Positions 53,404 through 64,000 of a stretch of 64,000 nt of DNA are shown in pieces. Made by a program: the position numbers and the translations under genes. Positions within the stretch are counted from its first letter, which is position 1. Every line of letters begins with the position of its first letter. Under the pieces are notes generated by a model, which was not told the origin of the DNA, did not search any database, and saw nothing but the letters and a program-made list of their open reading frames with translations. This stretch comes from Gnetum montanum (Eukaryota; Plantae; Gnetophyta), in the NCBI GenBank assembly GCA_015680685.1, contig MNCI01002312.1, positions 453,652 to 517,651 of the forward strand, given 5' to 3'.

Positions 53404-55669
53404 CACTACTATAGCACTTATCCTTTGACATAGTAAATGGTTCCAAGTGGGTTTTGGAACAAAGTATGTAACCATTGCACAATAAAAAGAGTGGTGCTCT
53501 TGTTATAACAAGGAAGCCCCATCATGTGACATACTATGGATAACCACCAAATGTCCCTAAGATCTCTACCTAAGCCTTCTGTCCCATCAACGTTATTAGC
53601 GGGCTATCTAAGATGAACTTCATAATGCTCCAATTAGCCCTAAGTAGTAGTGTCTTAGTGATAGCACTCACAACCTCAACTACCAAGTGTGAACACATGA
53701 TCATACTAAACTAATACAATAGGTACTCTAAGAGCTCATGGGATCCTAGTTAAAACCATACGGGTTGATGATCCACCCACATATTTGGTGCAAGAGTGTT
53801 GGGAACAAGTTTTCTCATGCAACCTAAGATGCCCATGAGCTCAACCATGATCAAAATGGATATCAACAATACCCTACAGTCATAGAGCAATAGGAGAAGC
53901 ATTAGTATTCATACATTAATACAAATTTTGATATACATATTTTAAATTATTAACATAATCTAGCAGAAATGCCTAATTTTGATAATACATCCTAGGGTCC
54001 CATGAGTATAGGACATCAACTAACTCATTTGGCACACCTAGCACTCATTGGGGTACAACATACTTTGTAGGATTAACATTGCACATGAATGGTAAAATTT
54101 TTACTAACTCTAGACTACCCATGTGGTGATCATAGTCTAAAAAAATGAAAATTTGTCAAACACTTATGATAACTACCCTCTCAACCCTTAATGCATAGAG
54201 AGTGTAGTTTCAACCCATAGCCATGGAGAGTGTAGTCTCATACCATGTCACCCCCTTTGCATCTACTAGGCTCCACTATGGCCCTTCCTCTCCCTCACTG
54301 CTACTGCCTTAGGTGCAATACAAGGCATAGCTCCCAAAGCCCTAAAATTCCAATCATGGCTCTAGTAGCCCTACACCTGCAATCGAGAGCATAGTCTATA
54401 GGGATATCCCTACAATGAGAAGAAAATAGAAAAAAAAACTAACATAGGTCGCAGCCCCTGCCATAGTGTGTTATGGTGACCGTGGCCCTTGCAGCTGCAC
54501 CATGATGTACAATGTGCAAAGCCCTAAGCCTTGCATCCCAAAACATAGGAAAACACACAAAAAAATACCAAAATGGTGCTCAATGATAGTTGTGGTCCCC
54601 TGTTGTTGTGCCACAACACACAATGGAAACCATAGCCTTCATGGCATGCAATGCACAAGGACCTAAGCCTTACATTGTGCATATAGAATGAAAAAAGGAT
54701 GAGAATGAACAATGCAAAATGGTTGTTACAACCTCCTAGGGCCATGCCATACTACGTAGTAGTAGCCATGGCCCTTGCAGTTGCATTGCAGGGCATGATG
54801 CATAGTCCCTAACCTTGCATAGGGCTCTAACCCCATAAAAAGTAGCAAAAATGGAAAATGAAAAATACCCCCTCCATACCACCATGGCTTCCCTATTGTT
54901 GCACCATGCCACAAAAGGCAGCAACCACAATAGCCACTACCACAGTAAGGCATGTAATGTAGCACTTCCAACATGCCCCAAGATAAGATACAGAATGAAC
55001 CAGAAACTGAAAGTAAAGGGGAATAGCATAGTCTGTGTACATGGCTAATGTGGATAGCCTCCTCTCTTCCACATGAACTTGTAATAGGTAGCTCAGTACT
55101 CTCTCTCCCTTAGCAACATTTTCTAGCCTTAGGTGAGTGTGTGTGCTTTAGCACATCATCTTCCATGGGCCTATGATCTCCATTAATAGGAAAGACAGAA
55201 GTAGCAGTAAGACTATGCTTCCAACATCATGGTGAAATGGAAAAAATAAAAAATTACAATAGTAAAACCATGCCTATATACTCTCTAAGGACCATTTAAT
55301 GATCCACCAACCTAGGACTATGCTCACCATTGAATGCCCAATGAGGAGTGTAGTTGGGTGAGAGCATAGTTAACCATATTAATCTTGAAAAGCATGCATT
55401 TTTGTTTCCCTCCTAATGTGCAAGTTAATTTCACTCTTAGGTATGACTATCCCTCCTCTAAATGACATGTTTGATGCATTCTTAGTCCACTAAGACCTAA
55501 AACTAGCACAAATATGGCCTTTTGATGCCTAAAACTAGCATAAACACATTTAACTCCCACAGTAATTTACATGCATGATTAAGCCAATTTCATTCGATTG
55601 ATTTTTTATTTGTGCATATTAACTTTGTCAAACAAGTGCCACTTGACATTTTTTTGGTTTAATTTTCAG

Positions 55670-56340
55670 GAATAGAACATCGCTATGCATGAGTAGATCC
55701 TCTTGCCTTTGCTCCTCATGGGGCCTTATGGTGACATTAAATAAAGCATTAACCCCTCATTACCTAGACCTCAAGCCTATAGCCTACAATGAATATAGAA
55801 CATTCGTAGAGGTGCTACTAGACTAGCCTAACCATCTAGTCAAGCCTCTTGATCTAGAGGCAAGAGATGTCACAGAGGATCCCCTTCTCGAGATCCTTAT
55901 GGCATCGCACAATAGTGAGGTGGGAATGCTAAAACTAAATTCCTCGCTAGAATCCTAGCATGCTCAAAAAATTTCTAAGGTTCCATTGCTTCACATAATT
56001 CTCTTAGACTTCATCAATGAAGGTTAGAATAATGAGCTAGGAACTATAGACCTTGACTCAATAGAGAAGGAGTGCATGCATACACTTGATTGCATTGAGT
56101 GATATCAAGAAAAGTGATGGAAAAATCATTATCATAACTAGCATAAATGCTTGATTAAGAAAGGGGACTTAGTCTTCAAGGCCATTAGTGAACCCACGAA
56201 AAAATTCTCAGCCAACTAGGAAGGATATTTTCTGGTTACTAAGGCCTATGATAATGGAGCATTCAAGCTTGCTAATCAAGATGGAAATGAGCTTCCAATC
56301 TAGTGAATCATTCACACTTGAATCCATACTATATTTAGCA
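55670..56340 (+). pseudogene. pol: pol remnant: pre-RT linker fused to integrase C-terminal GPY/F region
   Basis: TEDPLLEILM...; KKGDLVFKA...KKFSAN*EGYFLVTKAYDNGAFKLANQDG...VNHSHLNPYY. Confidence 0.75.
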
Positions 56341-56379
56341 TAAAAAACTACACATTAATGAAGTAGGGTAAGAATTCAT

Positions 56380-56745
56380 AGCATTTTTCTGCTATGATTT
56401 TAAACTAGCATAGCTTTTTTGCTACAATGTTAAGCTGGCAGAGCATTCATCTACTATGACATTAAACTAGTATAACATTCATCCATTACAATGTTAAACT
56501 GCCACATCTTGTTTGCTACAATGTTAAACTAGTGTAGTATTCATCTACTATGACATTAAACTAGCACAACATTCATCCACTAAGATGTTATACTAGCACA
56601 ACTCATCCACCATGATGTTAAACTAGCATAGAGAAATCCACTAGGACTATAAACTAGCATAGCATGGTCTGTTAGGATCTTAAACCAAGGTCTACTAGGA
56701 ATATAAACTAATAAATCCATGGTCTACCAAGATCTTAAACTGAGT
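56380..56745 (+). repeat. ~31-bp tandem array (ATGTTAAACTAGCA..CATCCACTA)
   Basis: About a dozen degenerate units downstream of IN, as seen in Tat/Ogre 3' regions. Confidence 0.85.
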
Positions 56746-57834
56746 TCATAGTAATAACATTTTTCCATCCTTCTGCAAGCAAGTGAGCAAGCATACTACA
56801 ACTCTTCTTCCACACCAAGCGAGCAAGCACACTACAGTACCAAAATAGAGCACTTGTAACCTACATAACCTATATCACTCATGTGGCCTTTTGCATTTTA
56901 TCATCTATAGTCTATTTGCATTTATGTATTATATGATTTTCTTATCTTCTTAGAGTTGTGTTTGTAGAACAAGTCCTTAGGTGTCCATGCAAAGATGCAT
57001 CTCATCATAGCAACAAGTTGCCACATCACTTTGATGTGCATGATTAGACTAGCTAAAACTTTCAATAGTGCATATCCCGATTATCCTATTATAGCCTACT
57101 CACATCTACTCCTATATCCTAATACCCTTTCATTTCTAATGTAGCAAAGATTGCAAACCTTTTTAATGCTCACATGCTATGACCACATGGCACCCTCTTC
57201 ACATCAAGCTTTAAAACTCAAGTTGGATGTAACATAAATTGTCCTATTGGGGGTCTTTGTTGGTTGCTCAAAGCCTAGGTAGATGTAACATAAGTCATTC
57301 TGGAGAGGAAACACCTATCAAACAAACATGATGTAGTTTTTCAAACAACAAACAAAACCCCATCTAGTGACATGCAACCCAATTGATGGGGCCCAAAGAA
57401 GGTTCATCCCACAAAAAGAAGGAGAAAAGTGGAAAAGCACATCCCTAAGCATCCCATAGTAAAGAAGTTTCATAGCTGACCCATCCTTGAACACATACCT
57501 TAACTCTCTCATAAGCACTCCAACAAGAGGTCAACATTTTCAAAGGCAAGCCACTTTGGTGCCATGATCACCATCAAATATGATGCCCTCACATCATAAC
57601 ATCTCACTTGGACCTCATCTTCCCTTTTATCGCTAGCAAATCATGCACACCTTTCACTCCTACTTCTCACCTACTATCTAATATACCACTATCCACAACA
57701 CTCTTGGCCATGGTGCAATGACATTTGATAAAGTATCAAAGAGTGATGTTGATGCCAAATTTTCTATGGTGTTTTGCTATTTTTTATCGATGTCTCTTGG
57801 GCCACTCTTCTAGACATTAATAAAGAGGAGCTAA

Positions 57835-60025
57835 TGAAACACCATCAAATCTAGACTATGGCTCCCCAATTTTGCAAAATTTTAGCTAAGTGTTGAGACT
57901 ATGCTATTTCCTAGATGGAAGCATAGTCAGCCTCTTGTGGAGAGCATAGTTAGTAGAAGGCGAACTTTTGTAAATTTTTGCTAAGTGTTGAGACTATGCT
58001 GAACCTTTGGTGGAGAGCGTAGTCAGTAGGAAGGCCCCTTTTGTAAATATTTTCTAATTGTTGACACTATGCTATCCCCCAGATGGGGAGCATAGTTAGT
58101 CTCTCATAGAGAGCATAGTCAGCAAAGGGCCAATTTTGCAAATTTTTCTAAGTGTTGAGACTATGCTCTTCTCTAGATGGAAGTGTATTCAACCTCTAAT
58201 GGAGAGCATAGTTAGTAAAAAGCTAGTTTTCATAAATTTTTGTTAAGTGTCAAGACTACGCTCAACCATAGTTGAGAGTGTAGTTAACAAGAAGGCTAGT
58301 TTTGCAAATTTTTTCTAAGTTTTGACACTATGCTCTTCCCTAGATGCGAGCATAGTTAGCCTCTGATGGAGAGCATAGTTAGCCTCTTGTGGAGAGTGTA
58401 GTCAATAGGAAGGCTAGTTTTGAAAATTTTTTCTAAGTGTTAACACTACACTCTTCCATAGATGGGAGCATAGTTAGCACTCGTGGAGAGCATAGTCATT
58501 AAAAGAACAATTTTTGCAAATATTTGCTAAGTGTTGACACTATTCTCTCTTCCAAATGTGAGTGTAGTCAGCCTCTTGTAGAGAGCATAGTCAGCAAAAG
58601 GCCATTTTTGCAAATTTTTCTAAGTGTTGAGACTAGCTCTTCCCTAGATGGGAGTGTAGCTAGCCTCTCATATAAGAAGCAAGTTTTACAAGTCTTAGCA
58701 AGTCTTAGGACTATGCTCACCACTAGTTGGGAGTATAGTCAACCTCCCGTGGAGAGCATAGTCTTCAAAAATCCATTTTGTCACAAGATTTCACTAGCAT
58801 TGAGACTATGCTCTTCCCTAGCCCATAGTGTAATCAGCCTCTTGTAGAGAGTGTTGTTAGCTAGAATAGTCTCCAAAAACCACCACAACTCACAACAATG
58901 CTTAGCTCAGCTCTAGAACATAGTCAACTCACCTTTGGCAACTGTAGTCAACAAAATGCCTCTTTCTTATATCTACTTTTTCCCAAAAGTTGTAACTACA
59001 CTTGGCCCCACATGAGAGCATGAAGAGCATAGTCATGTAGAGCATAGTTTCTACCTTTCATTTTTCAAGTACCCTACAGTCTTCTCAGCACACACATATG
59101 ATTAGCAACATAGTCATAGTGTCATAGCCTCACAGAGTCTGGTAGAGCACACTAAAGCATAGCATCAATAGCTCCATCAGTATACCACATGAATAGTGAC
59201 TACGTTGACTGTAGTCTCAACCATCCCCTCCACCACATGGCAACCATTCCACATTTTTCACCAATCCTAGACCTATAAGTACCCATGCCCTCAAATTTTT
59301 TAGGGTTTTTGAATTGAAGGGTTGGAAAATCTAAGGAGTGCTTGGGAAAAAACCAAAGACATTTTGGTGAGCTAAGAATAGGTGAAGTTACAAACCATCA
59401 TAGAATCCCACAACCTAATAGAACATTGTAGCCAACAACACACCATGGCAACAAACTCGGCAAATGTAGTCACCTGAATGAAATGCTAGTCTTTATGGCC
59501 AGACACCTTAGAGACTATGATTATGCTACCCACTATACCTATTATAAACCATGTACCTTCTAACCTCTTTTGGTGTTAACTATTCTCAACCCTAGTTGGG
59601 GGTGGTGTTCTACTTTGCTCTCTCCCTCCTTGAATTTTCTACATTTTATTTGCATTTATTTGCTATTTTATCACATAGTCACATTGGAACTATGTCGGAC
59701 AATGGTTTCTGTGCATTAACACTACCAACTTTACTGAAACTCTTAACTATAGTCACCCCCTTGGGCACCTCTTGACTATGCTCAATCCTACTAACACCAT
59801 AAAGACTACAAACACTACAAGTACTATTTGCACCCTTAGCACTGTCTCACATTAGCATCATAGCTAACCATGCTGCACCCCCTATTGCATCTTGTAAGTC
59901 CCTATTCAATTGGCCAAACCATCCAAGACATCTTGTCTCCACCTCTAGAAGGCCCTCATGTGGATTTAGGGTTAAGTTATGTGCCCTTGGACCTCGATGT
60001 TCCATCTATCAACATTTTTTATCAT
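57835..60025 (+). repeat. 3' LTR of element B, 3' end deleted
   Basis: Colinear with 36720-~38765, then abruptly switches to host-element ORF. Confidence 0.88.
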
Positions 60026-60029
60026 TACA

Positions 60030-60800
60030 TGTGTAATTCAACAAAATTCTACAATCAAAATAATCTTGTGGTAGAATGAGGCCAAAAAGCATGAAAAGTT
60101 GAATGAACACTTATGGGATCAAGTTGGTATGTATAAGAAAATAAACATAAAGGAAATCCATATGTCCAAAGCTTGCATCAGATCCATGTCAATGCAAAAT
60201 TCTGATTGATAGCCCATCATGGATAGTTGTGCCTTGGTCCAGAAAGCAGAAGTGAAGAATAAAGACCTATAGATTGAGGATTTAAAGGAATACATTGCAT
60301 TACCTAACCTTGGATATGCCAACCTTGCCATGTTAATAGTAAGTTAGCCATGAAATGAATTGGAGTAGTAGGTAGTGACCACCTATGCATTATATGAGAA
60401 AGAGCTTGTAGATAGAAAACTTGATTTACAAAAACATCATGTAGCAAACTCAGAATTGGAGGTGATTAAAGCTTGCTACCATGGATAAAGGGATGTTGCC
60501 TTAGACCTAGCTTAGAGATTAATAGATCATCATGAGTTAAAAGAAAAGGCCAAGGAATTTGAGGAGGAACAACGATAGTTTACGGCTTGGTATGTGAAGG
60601 TTAACAAAATGTTTCCACAACTACCATGTCATTAGGATGTACCAGTGCTAGCACACATTGGTTTAGTGGCTTGGATGATGCATGATCCAAGGATAGAAAA
60701 ATAAAAGTTATAGGAACTACTCAACCATTACAAATTTTAGAAGTGTAGTGACAAAGGGAAGTGATTGATGGAGGAGCCATTGCCTTTGGAAACTACATGA
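60030..60800 (+). pseudogene. 3' accessory ORF, second part
   Basis: IEDLKEYIALPNLGYANLAMLI...DVPVLAHIGLVAWMMHDP homologous to 16510-16940. Confidence 0.65.
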
Positions 60801-60992
60801 GCTTCCCATTTTTGTGTCTTGTAATGTTGTGTCCAAATTTTTGTAAAACACAATTATGGCATGTAAAAGTCCATTTATTTTTTTTAATTGTTTGAGTTAG
60901 TTAATAATTCCATACCATCCCAATATTTTGTAAAGAACTTGTTCCTCAGTTTGTTTAACTCAAGGATGAGTTTTCATTTAGTTTTGGGGGTA

Positions 60993-61488
60993 TGATGAGT
61001 TATGATTTTATAAGCTCCAATATTGGAGCCTTGATATTGGATACATAATATTAGGTCCATAGAAATGATGTTGGATATCCAATATCATCTCTTCCATGTT
61101 AGCCTATAAATACAACACTTGGATGCATGGTTGAGAGAGTTTTTAGTTTTATATTTTAGTTAGCTTTTCATAGATTGTTGATTTTCAATTTTGTTATTTT
61201 CTAGTGCATGTTCACGGTGTGATGTTTGTAATTCTATGACATCCTTATTCAAGTGTGATGTACTTGAACATGTTATATGACTAGAAATAAAGATTGTGAT
61301 TACTTTGATCATTGTAGCATCCACTTAGATTTATTATTGCTTTTAATCATTCAATTATTTAATTGTTTCCTATTTTCCTTAGTTAATATTCCCATTTATT
61401 ACTCTTTACGATTCTTGTCATTAAGTGGAAAGAGTATGACTAATCATGAGCATTTAAGTGTAACTACTTGATAACCCAATAGTGTCAT
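60993..61488 (+). repeat. 3' LTR of the 29195 element, interrupted
   Basis: Matches 29195-~29705. Confidence 0.9.
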
Positions 61489-62486
61489 TGTAGCGACCGA
61501 AAACATTGGTGGCTAGAAAACACCAAAAGGTTGTCGGTCATGACAGTCTTAACCCCAGATCCATGCGAGGGTTGTGCTAGATAAAATGGAAATAGGGCAC
61601 CCTAAATAGTCTAGCTTATCAGACAGGGACTTAATCGGTGTTACTATAACCTTTTGCAAATTTTTAATTTGAAAGCAGTGCTTATAGGATAAAATGAAAT
61701 TTGTTGAATGCAGGAAGGTGATAACAATGTAAAATGTAGTGATAAAGATAAAAACAAAGAAAAAGTTATAGAATGCACCACTTCAAATTTATGACTTTAC
61801 TTTTCCAGGTGGATACAATTGGTTGTACAACACTAGGAAGCATACAGATCCCAAGAGTAACTAGGACATTCAAAGCAAGCCAACAATGTTCTTGAATGCA
61901 AACTCCAAATCCAACAATGCCCAGATGTCACAAAGCCAACTTGTTAACCAAATGCCAACTAAAAACAAGGGGGTTTGTTTTGCTAGCTGCTAACAAAATT
62001 TGTTAACTGCTCAAGTTTTCTGATTATGCGCAAAGGTGCTCAAAATTTGCTAACCCTTTGATCATTGCTCATCGGGGTATTTATAGGACCAAGAGCATGC
62101 AGAAGATGTGATTTGGATGCCATGTGTCTTGGGCCAGTGTTTACGTGTCTATGCTACATGGAAATGCAAGACTGATTGACGAGTCTACCATGCTGTAATT
62201 GCGTTATCAGAACTTGGAGATATGTGCCAATGGTTGAAACAGGTGTAGTGCATTGATGGCGTTATCGGTCCAATGATGTCTAATCCCCATTTTTGGAATG
62301 TGTTGGCACATTTAGCCATTGCATGGAATAGTTGGAATATTTTTTTTTTCAGGATAGCACAAATGAAGAAGTTTAGTATGGTGAGTTAACAGAAAACAAG
62401 CTAATATGTGAAGTGTTTTGTTGTTAAGTTGTATGGAAGCAAAATCAGAAGATTAAGGATCAGATTCTTTGCTATTAAAGGATACA
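61489..62486 (-). mobile_element. ~1-kb LTR (3' LTR of another element)
   Basis: Minus-strand TGTATC...GCTACA termini, TATAAATA at ~62078-62085 (-), PPT stub GGGAG (62487-62491, -). Confidence 0.7.
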
Positions 62487-62491
62487 CTCCC

Positions 62492-64000
62492 TGTTAAAGT
62501 TGACAATGTATTATCGGATTATTTAAATTGGATTAACTAAGGGTCAGGTTTAAAAATTAGATTGGCTATCGTAATGCCCTGCATACGAAGGAGGCAAGAA
62601 AAACGCAACTCAGGAAATCAGGGAAAATAATGGCCAACGCTGCATGCCAAAATGAACCAATCTTCAAACCTGCATAATGTAAACAAATTTAACACAAGAA
62701 TTAGATCTGAAGGCAAGTGCACATCAGAAAACAAAGGACTAGCGTATGCAAGCAAGAAGGGGCGACTAAAACGGCATCTGCACATTCATTTGCAGAAAGG
62801 AAAAATGAGCAGTTTGCCTCATAAACAAAATTTTACTCAGCTCAACACCAGAAGAAAGGAAAAAAATGCGTGTAATCTTGGGTATATTTTAAATCAAAAA
62901 AATATATCAAAAGCTAAAAGCCCTATTCCTGCAGTATTGCTGATTGGCCAACAGGTTCAATGCTTCAACTGACGGAAATTCGGAACAGTCGCTGTACAGA
63001 GACCCAAAACCCTTAGCATCAAAGACCATTCCAGAACACCATTGTTGCTACAGATTTTGTGCATTGGCTGCGGGCATCAAAACAATCTGGCCTTTGAACT
63101 GCCTTTTGCCCACCGAGTTGAGTGCAAGCTACCGTGGCAGGAGGATAACCGAACGTGCAGAACCGTGACATCAAAATTGTTGGTATTTCCAGAGGACGGT
63201 TGCAGATCTAGGCAGAACACATGGTGGCATTTCCAAGTCCGGCGGCAGGGCATTCTCCAATGGAGGCAGTTGCTGAAACATCTTCGGACAAGAATTTGGT
63301 TGCAAGATCTATGGCTTCACCTTCGGGCTCGTATTTTCGGTATTCTGAGTTTTTGAATCGCATAAAGTTAATCACCACTACTTTAAAAAGGGGGGAAGAT
63401 TAAATTAGATTTTCCTAACATCATTATAACTTAGGGATATTTCATTTAGGAATTTGAAAATAAAATAAGCTAAATTAACCAAATATTTTACTAAGCAAGA
63501 CTTACAAGTAATTGCCCAATAAAATTGCATTAGATTACATTAGAAATATTATAAATTACATCTCTACTTATGAGTCTCATGTGTCAAATCCTGCAATAAA
63601 ATACTTTGTTATGAAATATTCATGAAATACCTTATGAAAGGGAACATATGGCTATTTATATTTGTAACTAAATTCTAGCATTTTTTATCTCCTTGGTGGT
63701 TGTAACCATCCAAAATTATTGTTGTAACTTACCTAACTAGTTGGATAAAAATATCCTAGCTTGTTGGGCAAGTAAATTTTTAATTGGATAGTTCAATTAC
63801 TTAGGAGTAAAGTTAGCTAGGATATTTAATAAGTAATCTCTCATTGGCAAACCAAGTTACTTGGGAGATAAGTTAGGTGAGATATTTTCAAAATGTAACT
63901 TCCCTACCTACCTTTGAGCCCTATAAAAAGGCTTCAGGGGTCAAGAGGTGAGGAGAGGGGAAGCATCAAGGAAGTCTCACATCACACTTGGAAGATTTGT
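62492..64000 (+). mobile_element. Probable third cargo-type large LTR, running off the window
   Basis: Starts TGTTA within the neighbour's PPT; CpG-retaining non-TE-like sequence at ~62570-63360; GGTGGTTGTAAC and TATAAAAAGGCTTCAGGGG motifs resemble copy R. Confidence 0.5.

Larger units (their letters stand above)
43690..55200 (-). pseudogene. Multi-exon antisense accessory gene of element B (split by 46603-53403)
   Basis: MKYGNMEGAQHWL...DVKRFVT homologous to 18870-19060; 53400-53880 homologous to 5800-6250; 43900-43960 homologous to 21270-21345. Confidence 0.6.
36720..60025 (+). mobile_element. Tat/Ogre-type gypsy element B, non-autonomous (RT/RH/IN core deleted)
   Basis: LTRs starting TGAAACACC at 36720 and 57835; gag-PR; IN C-terminus; PPT AATAAAGAGGAG before 57835. 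Confidence 0.85.
29195..61488 (+). mobile_element. Pol-less Athila-type element (gag + 3' ORF), split by nested element B
   Basis: 5' LTR 29195-30087, PBS TGGCATTGTTTCTAGGGA, gag, internal PPT ~32680, 3' ORF 34770-36719 resuming ~60030, PPT 60980-60992, 3' LTR from 60993. Confidence 0.85.

Noticed and set aside
3020-62972. Most short ORFs in the supplied track
   Set aside because: Off-frame or antisense by-products of decayed TEs with no recognisable motifs

Overview
AT-rich plant genomic DNA, probably heterochromatin of a large genome (inference). It contains no intact host gene and is a deep nest of decayed Ty3/gypsy LTR retrotransposons. These are one full-length Athila-type element (6254-18225), two pol-less Athila-type derivatives (29195->61488 and ~46603-53403), two Tat/Ogre-type elements carrying a multi-intron antisense gene (~2700-29194 on -, 36720-~60025 on +), and a further LTR (61489-62486). 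The stand-out is an apparent family of oversized LTRs whose U3 region is a mosaic of captured host-gene fragments with no introns inside them. A complete 3.9-kb TG...CA solo LTR (21362-25239, imperfect 5-bp TSD) carries APS reductase, UGT, casein kinase 1, LRR, HD-ZIP IV and Y14 pieces. A second copy (24-~2700, - strand) shares the ~1.1-kb LTR core but carries different cargo (hnRNP F/H-like, proteasome alpha-3). A probable third starts at 62492. All homologies were recognised by eye from translations; no searches were run and boundaries are approximate unless stated.
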